DNA of 64,000 nt from Octopus bimaculoides (taxonomy: Eukaryota): the NCBI RefSeq assembly GCF_001194135.2, contig NC_068986.1:14439889-14503888 (forward strand), written 5' to 3'. Positions 1-14,274 of the stretch are shown piece by piece. How positions within the stretch are numbered: position 1 is the stretch's first letter; each line of letters begins with the position of its first letter. Made by a program: the position numbers and the translations under genes. Under the pieces are notes generated by a model that had not been told where the DNA came from, ran no database searches, and worked only from the letters and a program-made list of their open reading frames with translations.

Positions 1-5
1 ACTGG

Positions 6-55
6 AGAAACAAGTAATGGCATAAACTGAAGAAACAAGTAATGGCATAAGCTGA
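6..55. repeat. 25-bp tandem duplication
   Basis: AGAAACAAGTAATGGCATAAACTGA at 6-30 and AGAAACAAGTAATGGCATAAGCTGA at 31-55 (1 mismatch). Confidence 0.9.
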
Positions 56-901
56 AGAATACGATTACTAACTGTTGAATATACGGGATGGAACTACGAA
101 ACGATTAACAGTGTCTCCTTTTCTGCCCAGGCTTAACTAAGTTTTAATATACGTAGAAGAATGAATGTGCTAGGATTTATGAAGAGCGAATATTATAACA
201 AATTTATTACGCATGAAGAGATAAATAGTTGGAAAATCTCACAAAATAATGATTTTAGTGAATGGCAACATGAATTTTGTTGTATCTTAGGAGAAACATT
301 ATGCAGATAATAAACGCAGGAATGGTTTTATATTATTTGTTTATTTTATTAGTCGATTAGTAATCCATTTTTTAATTAATCGTTTGGTCACTCAATCAAT
401 CCATCAATAAATCGATCAATCGATCAATCAATCAATCAACCAGTCAATCAATCAGTAAGCTAGTTTATAAAAGACCTTTCTTCACCATTCACCGTCTCAT
501 CAGCGACATGCTCTCTGAACACTGGGTCTGCAAACATACCCGAGATACAACATACTATGTCTCAAGACATGCTAATCCACCTAGGCAGAAGCATCATACA
601 ATCGGAAGTGCAGCAGAGAAAATGCACCGAAAAAATATTACAATCGAAACATTATATTATTTACAATTATTATCCAATACCTTAGAATTACAGAAAAAGC
701 CATTTTAATTTCCAAATGAAGAGGCCATACTTATAAAATCGTTCAAGAAGTGATTAGATATTTTCTCTGTTATCCGATGCTTAGTTTTGGTAAATTTAGC
801 AGAGGATATAAGCAAGTTAGCTTTAACGTGTACGAGGAAATGGAAAACATAATCAACCTATTATGATAGTTATCTATTGCAAACAAATAATATTATTAAA
901 A

Positions 902-904
<3 letters not shown>

Positions 905-949
<45 letters not shown>

Positions 950-950
950 T
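905..950. repeat. (AAT)n microsatellite
   Basis: Directly visible run. Confidence 0.95.
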
Positions 951-1564
951 GATGTAATCATAGTGACCGGTGGCCGCGTAGCTAAAAGCAGACGTAGTAA
1001 TGTAAATGACCACTTTGTGGATAAGTTTAGGCTCTTTTTAAAGAATGGAGATTAAGTAGACTCTTTAATGGAAAGTGTACATGGCTATATCGAAGATAAT
1101 GGATTGGAATGGAATTTGGCGAATTAACTTTTGTGGAAGACTAAATATCTAAAACATAGGAAATGTAAATAATGTGACACGGTTAACATATGGAGACCCA
1201 TAAAAGTGATAAGTTTAGAGGGATCTATAATTTATAGTTATGTAATTAAAATTTCTGAAAGTATAACTGTCAATACAATGGTGGCCATGATTGATAGGGT
1301 GCAAGTTAAGGACAGAGAGGGAGCTATAATTTCTATGGATATAATTAAAATTTCTGGAAATATGTCTATCTGTAACAATACGATACAGTAGAAGTAAGTA
1401 ACGGAGGAGCATTTCATATAGAAAGAGGCGGGTGTTCAGGTAATACGGGTTAATTAAACAGAGACAAGAGATGATCATGATGACAACGAAAAGCATGAGG
1501 AGGTGGAAGAGGAAGGGAAGCAGCAACAGCAGGAAGAGGAGGTGACCGAAACAGACGAGGTCAA

Positions 1565-1589
1565 CGACAACGGCGATGACGACGACGAA

Positions 1590-1622
<33 letters not shown>

Positions 1623-1856
1623 AATGATAATGATAATGATGATGACGATGATGATGACGACAACGATGTTGATGATGATGATGATGATTATGATGATGTT
1701 GAGGATGATGATGGTGGTGATGATAATGGTGATGGCGATGAGGATGTTGTTGATGATGCTGATAATGGAGATGATGAGGATGATGATGCTGGTGATGGTA
1801 ACGATGATGGTGATGACGATGGTGTTGATGACGATGGTGTTGATGATGATGATGAT
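1565..1856. repeat. Degenerate (GAT)n trinucleotide repeat running into a gap
   Basis: GAT/GAC/GGT/AAT triplets in one register; source of the poly-D, poly-M and poly-H pseudo-ORFs. Confidence 0.95.
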
Positions 1857-2963
1857 NNNNNNNNNNNNNNNNNNNNNNNNNNNNNNNNNNNNNNNNNNNN
1901 NNNNNNNNNNNNNNNNNNNNNNNNNNNNNNNNNNNNNNNNNNNNNNNNNNNNNNNNNNNNNNNNNNNNNNNNNNNNNNNNNNNNNNNNNNNNNNNNNNNN
2001 NNNNNNNNNNNNNNNNNNNNNNNNNNNNNNNNNNNNNNNNNNNNNNNNNNNNNNNNNNNNNNNNNNNNNNNNNNNNNNNNNNNNNNNNNNNNNNNNNNNN
2101 NNNNNNNNNNNNNNNNNNNNNNNNNNNNNNNNNNNNNNNNNNNNNNNNNNNNNNNNNNNNNNNNNNNNNNNNNNNNNNNNNNNNNNNNNNNNNNNNNNNN
2201 NNNNNNNNNNNNNNNNNNNNNNNNNNNNNNNNNNNNNNNNNNNNNNNNNNNNNNNNNNNNNNNNNNNNNNNNNNNNNNNNNNNNNNNNNNNNNNNNNNNN
2301 NNNNNNNNNNNNNNNNNNNNNNNNNNNNNNNNNNNNNNNNNNNNNNNNNNNNNNNNNNNNNNNNNNNNNNNNNNNNNNNNNNNNNNNNNNNNNNNNNNNN
2401 NNNNNNNNNNNNNNNNNNNNNNNNNNNNNNNNNNNNNNNNNNNNNNNNNNNNNNNNNNNNNNNNNNNNNNNNNNNNNNNNNNNNNNNNNNNNNNNNNNNN
2501 NNNNNNNNNNNNNNATATATATATATACATATGTATATATACATATATATACAAATATATATATAGATATATATATATATATATATGTACTCACAGCGCA
2601 CACACATACACACAAACACGCACGAATATACACACGCACACACGCACACACACACACAAATATACACACGCGTGCGAACACATGTATATAGCTAATACTT
2701 TTTAAAATTTTGCAACATGAGTCAGGATGTGTAGAGACTGTGATTTCGAAATGTTGCACGTCAAAATTCTTTCTAGCAGGCCGAAAGTTTGAAGCTATTG
2801 TCATCTGTCTTCTGTCGGGTTACCTGTTAACTCCGCATCATATATACATGTATAGATGTGTATGTATATGTGTGTGCGTGCGTGTGTTTGTCTGTTTGCT
2901 TGTTTGTGTGTGTGGGCACGCGCGAATGTATGTATGTATGTCTATAAGGATATCTCTACAGTA

Positions 2964-3060
2964 TTGCAGCACGGAATTTTGTCAGTGAACTGGTCCCAGT
3001 CTCAAAGCGGCGAAAATATTTTAGCAAATTAAAATTAAATGTTGAAGCGAATTTAACGGT
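2964..3060 (+). repeat. Unclassified dispersed repeat (inverted copy at 37923-38021)
   Basis: TGCAGCACGGAATTTTGTCAGTGAAC...TCTCAAAGCGGCGAAAATATTTT...AAATGTTGAAGCGAATTTAACGG aligns to the reverse complement of 37923-38021 with scattered substitutions. Confidence 0.85.
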
Positions 3061-3965
3061 TTTGTGTGTTTGTTAAATGGCTTATAAACACTTTCGTTAT
3101 AAACGCCACAATTGTTTTCGTTCCAGCACACGATCTTAGATCAGGTCACTTGCTATGCAAGTACATCTACATTATTCTTATATAGATACGGATTCGCTAG
3201 CAGAATTAGATTCACAGAAAGGTAAACGTCAAACATTTTTATACAATTATCAAGCAACCTCATGTGATATTGGCGATCAAATGCAATACCACTTCACCAA
3301 TTAGGGATATTGTCATGGACAAAATACTTCTCTCACAAAATATACGATGGCGGTGATACTGAGCGTAGTAATGGTGGTGGAAAGGGAGACGGTGTGTCTT
3401 GTTTTATGCAAGGAAGAATGTATGTCCTTATCAAATATTTCCAAACATTTGCCGTTCTGCAAATAACTGCTTATAATTTGAAATTTTAGTGATGAGATTT
3501 TGATTTATCAAGTTATACATAAACACAGGATGACATTCTAGGACACATACACACAACGTTAAAAAAACATATAATTATACATGCATAAAAATGCACACAC
3601 AGACGCACACACAAACACGCACACTCACACACACATTCCTACACATATATACTAACACACATATATATATATATATATCATACGCTTATATATAATCGAT
3701 GCCTGTATACATATCTGCATGCATGTAGGCATTAACAAATCATAAATTCTCCAATTTGTTCTATACAACGAATGTATAGCCAATTGGACTTAATTTCTTA
3801 CAATGACTCTCCGGTCTATTTCCTTTTCTATCTCACCCCCTGTTTCTCTATCTTTCCCTTTCTCTCTAATACATACTTAAAATTGAAACGTGTGTGTACA
3901 TATATATACATTTGTGTATTTATATATGTATGTATGTACATACACACAAGTACACCCATGTATAT

Positions 3966-4000
<35 letters not shown>

Positions 4001-4829
4001 NNNNNNNNNNNNNNNNNNNNNNNNNNNNNNNNNNNNNNNNNNNNNNNNNNNNNNNNNNNNNNNNNNNNNNNNNNNNNNNNNNNNNNNNNNNNNNNNNNNN
4101 NNNNNNNNNNNNNNNNNNNNNNNNNNNNNNNNNNNNNNNNNNNNNNNNNNNNNNNNNNNNNNNNNNNNNNNNNNNNNNNNNNNNNNNNNNNNNNNNNNNN
4201 NNNNNNNNNNNNNNNNNNNNNNNNNNNNNNNNNNNNNNNNNNNNNNNNNNNNNNNNNNNNNNNNNNNNNNNNNNNNNNNNNNNNNNNNNNNNNNNNNNNN
4301 NNNNNNNNNNNNNNNNNNNNNNNNNNNNNNNNNNNNNNNNNNNNNNNNNNNNNNNNNNNNNNNNNNNNNNNNNNNNNNNNNNNNNNNNNNNNNNNNNNNN
4401 NNNNNNNNNNNNNNNNNNNNNNNNNNNNNNNNNNNNNNNNNNNNNNNNNNNNNNNNNNNNNNNNNNNNNNNNNNNNNNNNNNNNNNNNNNNNNNNNNNNN
4501 NNNNNNNNNNNNNNNNNNNNNNNNNNNNNNNNNNNNNNNNNNNNNNNNNNNNNNNNNNNNNNNGTCAATTAATAATAGAATTAATAATTAACACTTTTGC
4601 CAAGTAGTTCAGTATGAAAAAACCTTTATCGGTAAAACCATTTATCATCATAAATATACAGGGATGAGCATTGAGTTGCTTCTCCATTGAGTTGTTCTAT
4701 GTGTGCCATAAATATCGCCATCCGTTTAGAGAAAAATTTGTAGTTTAGAATCAGTAGTTCTTTGACTGCTATTTCTAAATTTTCAGTATGTTGGAGAAGC
4801 AACTCAATGCTAATCCCTGTATATTTATG

Positions 4830-4871
<42 letters not shown>

Positions 4872-5132
4872 GTTTGTGTATGTGTGCGTGCGTATATATA
4901 TGTATACAGATATATGACTATGGATATGCCTGTGTGTTTGACACAGGGTGTCTCATGATGACTATTCTGACACGTGTATTTATGAATTTATACTCCTCCA
5001 GCGTTGCTAGACATTGAAAAATCATGATATACTTTAGCTCCCATCCCAAACTACAGAGATACGTGTACACATGTACACGTTGTAACAATATGCAAAATTA
5101 CACATTTCCCTCTTATTATGTCTAATTCTTTG

Positions 5133-5234
<102 letters not shown>

Positions 5235-6244
5235 ATCTAGTTAATTAACATAATATGGTAAAAATTCGATATTAATTAATATCAATTTAATACCAGGAAA
5301 CTAGCACATTAAAAGAATCAGGAGATTCTTGAAAACATTTTTTTAGAGATCCTAAAAAGATTATAGTACTTGNNNNNNNNNNNNNNNNNNNNNNNNNNNN
5401 NNNNNNNNNNNNNNNNNNNNNNNNNNNNNNNNNNNNNNNNNNNNNNNNNNNNNNNNNNNNNNNNNNNNNNNNNNNNNNNNNNNNNNNNNNNNNNNNNNNN
5501 NNNNNNNNNNNNNNNNNNNNNNNNNNNNNNNNNNNNNNNNNNNNNNNNNNNNNNNNNNNNNNNNNNNNNNNNNNNNNNNNNNNNNNNNNNNNNNNNNNNN
5601 NNNNNNNNNNNNNNNNNNNNNNNNNNNNNNNNNNNNNNNNNNNNNNNNNNNNNNNNNNNNNNNNNNNNNNNNNNNNNNNNNNNNNNNNNNNNNNNNNNNN
5701 NNNNNNNNNNNNNNNNNNNNNNNNNNNNNNNNNNNNNNNNNNNNNNNNNNNNNNNNNNNNNNNNNNNNNNNNNNNNNNNNNNNNNNNNNNNNNNNNNNNN
5801 NNNNNNNNNNNNNNNNNNNNNNNNNNNNNNNNNNNNNNNNNNNNNNNNNNNNNNNNNNNNNNNNNNNNNNNNNNNNNNNNNNNNNNNNNNNNNNNNNNNN
5901 NNNNNNNNNNNNNNNNNNNNNNNNNNNNNNNNNNNNNNNNNNNNNNNNNNNNNNNNNNNNNNNNNNNNNNNNNNNNNNNNNNNNNNNNNNNNNNNNNNNN
6001 NNNNNNNNNNNNNNNNNNNNNNNNNNNNNNNNNNNNNNNNNNNNNNNNNNNNNNNNNNAAACCCATGTTAGGTTCATTAGTATATGGAGAGGATTTCAAA
6101 CATATTTATTAACGTTTGTTTGTGGTAGCCTAAGGTATCTGCTCTACATTTTAGCTTGTACTTTCCGCTTGCATATAGGAATACATGTATGTACTTATGT
6201 ATCTCTCTCTGTACCTCTCCTGTTATGTATGTATGTATGTAGTT

Positions 6245-6345
6245 ATTATGTATGTATGTATGTATGTATGTATGTATGTATGTATGTATGTATGTATGTA
6301 TGTATCTATCTATCTATCTATCTATCTATTTATCTTTCTTTCTTT
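6245..6345. repeat. Compound (TATG)n(TATC)n microsatellite
   Basis: Directly visible run. Confidence 0.95.
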
Positions 6346-7249
6346 CTCTCACACTCTCCATATACACATATACTTACACAAATGCACATATACATTTGTT
6401 CGAAGTTTGGAGTAAATCCCAGCACAAATGATGAAAATCTTCTTTTGAATGCAATATATGTACGCTCAGCAGGGTGGAATGATAACAGACGCCATGGCAT
6501 ACTTGCATATCCTCTAGTGCTTTATGAAATGCGCATCAAAAGACATGTTAAGAAATATTTGTCAACCTTATATTATCAATAAGATTAATAAGAGAGAATT
6601 GTTATTTTCTTGCTGCGTTGCAATGCGCATACATTACGTGAAGTCTTAAACCAGGCATTTGAGCAACGCAAATGAGCAGATATGCAAGATGAATTTGCTC
6701 TGGTGCCTTCTTGCTTAATGAGTATAAAACACTCCGACTGACCTTCTGGAAACTGCAAACTTCTCAGAAAACGTTTTCCGAAATATTATAGTATCATTTA
6801 AAACAACTATGTAAGTTAAATACATTCCACTTTCTTTCCATGTATTGACAATCTCCTACAAATTTTGCCTAACTTTTAGCCTGCATTACTCAACGTTTTC
6901 ACCATTTCCATCATTTGAAGAGAAGATAATGTGTTTGCTCTCACATAGGCACAAACATATGTGAATATAATGCTTACTTATTTTTTTTATTGAAAGTATT
7001 AAACGGTTACATTCTCATGTGTCATTTTTCTAATAACGTATGGCAATGATAGGAAAGTTGCTAGTAAAAATGTAATGCACTAAAAATTGTTTCTAAATTT
7101 TTGTACTGAGTCAGCGATGTTAAGAGATGAAAATACGTGGTTACATCGATCCAGTTCTCAACGAATACTTATTTCATTGATTGAGAAAGAATAGATGGCC
7201 AAATCAACTTCGGAGGGATTTGAGATCAATGTAATAAAAGACACTGGTG

Positions 7250-7371
7250 AAGTTGATGGTGATGATGCTGATGATACTAAGAATTATGGTGATGATGCTT
7301 GAGGTTAATGATGATGAAGGTAATGGTGATAGTGATCACGATGTTTATGGTGGTGATGAATATACAGAAGG

Positions 7372-7436
<65 letters not shown>

Positions 7437-7510
7437 TTGATGATGATGAAGATCATTATGATGACGATGATGAAAATGATGACGATGATAAAGATGACGA
7501 TGATGATGAT
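7250..7510. repeat. (GAT)n microsatellite with degenerate flanks
   Basis: Directly visible run. Confidence 0.95.
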
Positions 7511-8614
7511 GTGGTGGTCACAGTACTGATTGTAAATGAAAAAAGGAAAAAGTAATAGTAGAATTTAATGATGACAATAACATGTGGCTACAGCGACGAT
7601 GATGACAAAAACGACAATGACAACAATGGCGATAACGATGCATCCACAATGTCAGCAATAACGATGACAGACATAGCAACAGCTTGATGGCAATAACAGT
7701 GGAACAACAATAATAGATGATGATTATAACAACGACTGGAATAGTTTTGAGGATAATGGCTTCTGTTCTTTAAACAATGGCAGGAATTTGCATCGGAAAG
7801 TATGAACTTAGGAATCAATCTTGTAAATAAATAATTATTGATTTCAAAGAATTGTAAGGCAAAGTAATCTCCGCCAGGGATTCACCTGAGAGCCCAAAGG
7901 GAGAAAATAAAATACAATTAGCGCATTTAATTCGACGCTCTGTTATATCCGTCACTTACTTCCTTTGACTAACAACAAAAATCGATTTTAGTTAACTATT
8001 ATAATCGACGAAATCGCTACAGTGATTTACACGTTCTTATTTCATCGATGCAAATGATTTGAATTCAAACGTTAGAAACATGAACTTCACACTACTAAGA
8101 GGTTATGATTTATTACAATAGAACGTGGCAGTGTGCGAACTTATCTCATTATAGCAGTCGTACTATCGTATGTGTGGTTAACGGCACACAAGTCGACCTC
8201 TGAAGAATATGAATTCATAATATATTGAAAGAAAATTTAGAATCCCTTGTAAGTAAAGTAGCAAAATCGTTCAAGACATTATATACAACGGTAACACAAA
8301 ATTCCATTTCAAAATTAAAAACCCTTCTTTTTTAAAAATTAAAACATTGAAATCATTTGAGGTTTGTCATATTATTAAATAAATCAATAGATATTTCAAA
8401 TCTTTTATCACCTGTATTTTATTTGTTTCAGTTGATTGAATGTGTTCAAGGGTTTAGTCGAACCAGTTTTCCAAAAACTTAGTTATAACCATGGTACGTA
8501 TTCTGTTTAATTTCTTTGCCCATTCGATAAGTCACGTACACGTATATAAAGCAGCGCTTGTTGTCATCAAGTGCTGAGGAACAAATACGAAGACATACGC
8601 AGTAATACCATATA

Positions 8615-8700
8615 TATACGACAGGCTTCCACACGTTCTTCGTTTGCCAAATTCACTCAAAAGGCATTAATCTGTCAAGGCCTGTAGTAGAAGATCCTTG
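8615..8700 (-). mobile_element. SINE group A, decayed fragment
   Basis: Reverse complement resembles the CAAG..TCTTCTACTATAG..CCTT.TGAGTG.ATTTGG..GA.GG segment of the copy at 19331-19772. Confidence 0.55.
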
Positions 8701-11139
8701 GGCAGTGTCATTAAATATATGCAGGCAAAGCAACGCAAACGATATAATGTTAGTGGAAATTGTTTAAAAATGTCAGAAGATGACACATTGAAGGGAAATT
8801 CTCTAGAAAATTATAGGAAATCTAAATGCTTTCAATGGTGTATAGTCATGAACTGCTTAAGGATGAATCAAGGCGACGAATTGAAAGATTCGTTTGAAGG
8901 GTGGATACTATTTCTTGCGTTGTTCGTGTCGGGTCTCTGCATGATTTTCTGTGTCCATTCACCTCTCCGTAGTATTTTGAGGAAATAATGTCAAGAGATG
9001 GCGCCACTATTATGTTGTAAGTTATATTTTCGGTTGGCGCTTCCTGGTATTTTCATTTGTTTTCCTTGCACATATATATTTATCACTACCAAAATAAAGA
9101 CGAGGGACTATAAATTCCATAATGATAATTACGAATATGTGATGGAGTCTGGTGATGAAGATAATCGTGACTAAATAGTGGGTCTACTATTTTGAATGAA
9201 TGAGTATGTTTTGCCATTTAGGTTAGTGAATGTAAGCTTCACCATTTCTGAAAACTGCATAACTTTTAAAATATTCATATTTTTTGCAACGCATATTAAA
9301 CGCACTTTTTTTTTTATCTAATATATTACCTTTTAAAAAATATATAAAAACCCATTTATATTTGTACACATACTTGAAAAACAAATCATAGGCAAGAACG
9401 GTGTCGAACCAATCGTATAACAACGCATCTGCAGTTGGAACAAATGCTGCATACGAAATCCTTAAGTAATAATTCACGTTGACACCAAGGGATAAAGAGG
9501 GGATAGGATTTAGAGATAATACAGAGAGGCATAACACATTCTACAAGTTCAAATATTTATGGTTCCTTCCTCTTGACACGTAGCAGCAAAACCTATGCAT
9601 TAACCCTTTGGCTGTCCCTTCTTTTATCACATGTGATACACGGAACATATTTACTGGGCATCGTGCATGTATAAAGTAAAATGGGACATCTGAAAATATA
9701 GCTTATATTGCTCAGAATGCATTATCACACAATGGCTAACTAAACGTCTGAAAACGGGCATGGAGGTTCAGAACAAATTTATGAAAATAACTTAGACTGG
9801 TAAAGGGTCAAATATTATACTGCTCAATCTAACGAAAGAAAATAAACATCAATGAATGGCTCTAGATAGTCTGTTTTAGTAAGTTGTCATTAGTTTCTTA
9901 TGAAATATATTAGTTATGCAAAGAAACTCGAAAGTTTATTTATTGTAAAAGATCGTATCATGTATTTCTGTATTTATAATTTAGAAACTAATCTAATAAC
10001 AAGTTCATCAGTATATCATTCATATATTCTTTCTTCTTTCCATTCTCTCCTTCAGAAATTAAGTTAATATCTCTTATACGCCTTTACGACTGTCTAGAGA
10101 CGGAATCAAATTTTTCTTCAACATTATTTTATGTTTCCAACAACCGTTGATATTGGTTTGTGGCTATACATTGTGAATAATGTAATTTACTAAATAAAGT
10201 ATTAATCAACAAAAAGGATGCTGAAGAAAGACCAAATAAAATATCTATTAACCCTCTATTCTATGGGGAATGATTAATGAATGAGAATGTGATTGAGGGG
10301 AGCTGAGATGAGAGAATAAATGATATATTCAAAGATGCGAGCGCGATGTTAACGTCATAGACAGTGATGTTCAGATGATTTGATATGTTGCCCCCTGCCT
10401 AGGCATTAATCTGTACTTCTTCCATATCCATCTCACCACAGAGGAAAAAGCAAGTGATTTCAGATTAAAGAATGCTTTCTTAAACCCTATCGAAGTATTG
10501 TAGTTAGTTTTCGCTTAAAACCTGTTTACTTATCGCTGACAAAACAGCTAAAATTTTTATTGCAAATCAATTTATTTATTGTTTGATCGACTGTTTCAAC
10601 AAATAACAAAAGTAATTCGAAAATTGTATCAGTTTATATCCGGCACTATTCACCCACTTTTCATGAGTGTATATTAGAATTTACGATTTAATAGCATCTA
10701 GATGCACTTTATATTGGCGAAGCTTAACCCTTTAATGTTTAAACCGGTCAAATCAGGCCCAAATATTCTGCCTGTTTTGCATTCAGATCAACCAGATCTG
10801 ATATCCCACACTTACCAAACAATGTCATTCTAAAATTTCTAACGATAATAACCTGTTGATACGTTCTTTGGTGATTGCGAGGAATATGCTTCCCTGTTGC
10901 AAGAAATTCAAATATGCAAGGTAATTCTGCTGTAATGTATTCATTTGGTCTGTCATGTGTTAGAGTGCGAAGAAAGCATAACTGCAAAAGCAAAAAATAT
11001 AGGGAATGAGGTCATTACATTGTCGTTGCCAGGCAGAATAATATACAGTATCAATAATAATGTAAGTAGCTCCTACGAATACATTGCCAAAACTCACAAT
11101 GGCCTAGTAAGGAAGATATCATCACCATCGGCATTATCA

Positions 11140-11379
11140 TGAGGACCGAACACAAGACCACATGGTTGGGAAGCAAGCTTCTTAACCACCCAGCCATGCT
11201 GGCACTAAAATTTCGAGAAACTCTTTTACTCTTTTACTTGTTTCGACCTTTTTGACTGTGGCCATGCTGGAGCACCGCCTTTAGTCGAGCAAATCGACTC
11301 CAGGACTTATTCTTTAGAAGCCTAGTACTTATTCTATCGGTCTCTTTTTGCCGAACCGCTAAGTTACGGGGACATAAAC
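11140..11379 (-). mobile_element. SINE group A fragments (head piece about 11140-11195; 3' part 11221-11379 ending at a gap)
   Basis: CATGGTTGGGAAGCAAGCTTCTTAACCAC and CTCTTTTACTTGTTTC...GCCATGCTGGAGCACCGCCTTTAGTCGAGCAAATCGAC match the reverse complement of 19331-19772. Confidence 0.85.
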
Positions 11380-12220
11380 NNNNNNNNNNNNNNNNNNNNN
11401 NNNNNNNNNNNNNNNNNNNNNNNNNNNNNNNNNNNNNNNNNNNNNNNNNNNNNNNNNNNNNNNNNNNNNNNNNNNNNNNNNNNNNNNNNNNNNNNNNNNN
11501 NNNNNNNNNNNNNNNNNNNNNNNNNNNNNNNNNNNNNNNNNNNNNNNNNNNNNNNNNNNNNNNNNNNNNNNNNNNNNNNNNNNNNNNNNNNNNNNNNNNN
11601 NNNNNNNNNNNNNNNNNNNNNNNNNNNNNNNNNNNNNNNNNNNNNNNNNNNNNNNNNNNNNNNNNNNNNNNNNNNNNNNNNNNNNNNNNNNNNNNNNNNN
11701 NNNNNNNNNNNNNNNNNNNNNNNNNNNNNNNNNNNNNNNNNNNNNNNNNNNNNNNNNNNNNNNNNNNNNNNNNNNNNNNNNNNNNNNNNNNNNNNNNNNN
11801 NNNNNNNNNNNNNNNNNNNNNNNNNNNNNNNNNNNNNNNNNNNNNNNNNNNNNNNNNNNNNNNNNNNNNNNNNNNNNNNNNNNNNNNNNNNNNNNNNNNN
11901 NNNNNNNNNNNNNNNNNNNNNNNNNNNNNNNNNNNNNNNNNNNNNNNNNNNNNNNNNNNNNNNNNNNNNNNNNNNNNNNNNNNNNNNNNNNNNNNNNNNN
12001 NNNNNNNNNNNNNNNNNNNNNNNNNNNNNNNNNNNNNNNNNNNNNNNNNNNNNNNNNNNNNNNNNNNNNNNNNNNNNNNNNNNNNNNNNNNNNNNNNNNN
12101 NNNNNNNNNNNNNNNNNNNNNNNNNNNNNNNNNNNNNNNNNNNNNNNNNNNNNNNNNNNNNNNNNNNNNNNNNNNNNNNNNNNNNNNNNNNNNNNNNNNN
12201 NNNNNNNNNNNNNNNNNNNN

Positions 12221-12264
<44 letters not shown>

Positions 12265-12385
12265 GTCTTTGCACATTACTATTATTATTATTATTATTAT
12301 GGTTGTTATTCTTCTTCCTCTTGTTCTTCTAGTTCTTGTTCTTGTTCGTCTTCTTCTTCTTCTTCTTCTTCTTCTTCTTCTTCTT

Positions 12386-12446
<61 letters not shown>

Positions 12447-12546
12447 CCATCATCGTCATCACCATCATCAGTCATTTTCATCATCATCATCATCATCATC
12501 ATAGTCGTCGTCGTCGTCAGCCTCGTCGTCATCACAGTCGTCGTCG

Positions 12547-12600
<54 letters not shown>
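12221..12600. repeat. Compound trinucleotide microsatellite (TTA)n-(TCT)n-(TTA)n-(TCA)n-(TCG)n-(TCA)n
   Basis: Directly visible. Confidence 0.95.
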
Positions 12601-12602
<2 letters not shown>

Positions 12603-14226
12603 ATGCTCATTATTACAGCAGCTGTGCATATTGCTTTGTTGTATAGTGTTGAAGTTGTTGCTGCTGTTCAAGTTATATTTCTGCCTAGCTTCCTGATCTT
12701 TGATGTCAGTTATTTACAACAGTCCTTGTATAATTTATTTTATTTTTCCTCTTAGTGTTGTTGTTATTATTATTATTATGGTAGTGACTTTCACTTTTAC
12801 CTTATATTTTCTTTTGATTTTACTGAATTCTGATCGTTTTTGAAAAATTTAATCTAATTTTAATTTACTTTACGCACGAGATATTCTCTTAAACACATTT
12901 GTTTACCAGCTCTTATTTATTTTTATTCATTTTCCCGCCAAACTTTCTACCGCCGTTTTACAGATTATATTCATTCCTTGTCGTATAGTTAAACTCCTCC
13001 GTTTATTCGTGTTCTTTTTCTTAATGTCATTCTAGTTCTCTTTGAAATTATTCTTGGTTATTTTCCCCATTATTAATATCAGTTTTAAACCTTCACTTTT
13101 ATTGTTGATATTACTGCCATAGGTTTTATATATTTCTGCTGCTTTGACATTCTTCTTACTCTGCTTTATATTAACTTCCTGTTTCATCTTAATCTTAGTC
13201 AACTTCTCATTTTGTTTATTGTTCTTGTCGCTCTTCGCTCAGTTCTACACCTTCTACGACCATTAAAACCCCCCACCATAACCGCTGCTATTATAACTAG
13301 TTCTCCTCCTCCTCCTCCTCCTCCTCCTCCTCCTCCTCCTCCNNNNNNNNNNNNNNNNNNNNNNNNNNNNNNNNNNNNNNNNNNNNNNNNNNNNNNNNNN
13401 NNNNNNNNNNNNNNNNNNNNNNNNNNNNNNNNNNNNNNNNNNNNNNNNNNNNNNNNNNNNNNNNNNNNNNNNNNNNNNNNNNNNNNNNNNNNNNNNNNNN
13501 NNNNNNNNNNNNNNNNNNNNNNNNNNNNNNNNNNNNNNNNNNNNNNNNNNNNNNNNNNNNNNNNNNNNNNNNNNNNNNNNNNNNNNNNNNNNNNNNNNNN
13601 NNNNNNNNNNNNNNNNNNNNNNNNNNNNNNNNNNNNNNNNNNNNNNNNNNNNNNNNNNNNNNNNNNNNNNNNNNNNNNNNNNNNNNNNNNNNNNNNNNNN
13701 NNNNNNNNNNNNNNNNNNNNNNNNNNNNNNNNNNNNNNNNNNNNNNNNNNNNNNNNNNNNNNNNNNNNNNNNNNNNNNNNNNNNNNNNNNNNNNNNNNNN
13801 NNNNNNNNNNNNNNNNNNNNNNNNNNNNNNNNNNNNNNNNNNNNNNNNNNNNNNNNNNNNNNNNNNNNNNNNNNNNNNNNNNNNNNNNNNNNNNNNNNNN
13901 NNNNNNNNNNNNNNNNNNNNNNNNNNNNNNNNNNNNNNNNNNNNNNNNNNNNNNNNNNNNNNNNNNNNNNNNNNNNNNNNNNNNNNNNNNNNNNNNNNNN
14001 NNNNNNNNNNNNNNNNNNNNNNNNNNNNNNNNNNNNNNNNNNNNNNNNNNNNNNNNNNNNNNNNNNNNNNNNNNNNNNNNNNNNNNNNNNNNNNNNNNNN
14101 NNNNNNNNNNNNNNNNNNNNNNNNNNNNNNNNNNNNNNNNNNNNNNNNNNNNNNNNNNNNNNNNNNNNNNNNNNNNNNNNNNNNNNNNNNNNNNNNNNNN
14201 NNNNNNNNNNNNNNNNNNNNNNNNNN

Positions 14227-14273
<47 letters not shown>

Positions 14274-14274
<1 letters not shown>

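Noticed and set aside
1215-2804. Long ORFs (288-529 aa) here and around other gaps
   Set aside because: They are stop-free only because they run through N gaps and microsatellites; the products are homopolymers or dipeptide repeats.
6400-6582. ORF segment KFGVNPSTNDENLLLNAIYVRSAGWNDNRRHGILAYPLVLYEMRIKRHVKKY
   Set aside because: No recognisable family, poor splice signals, and the ORF start is microsatellite.
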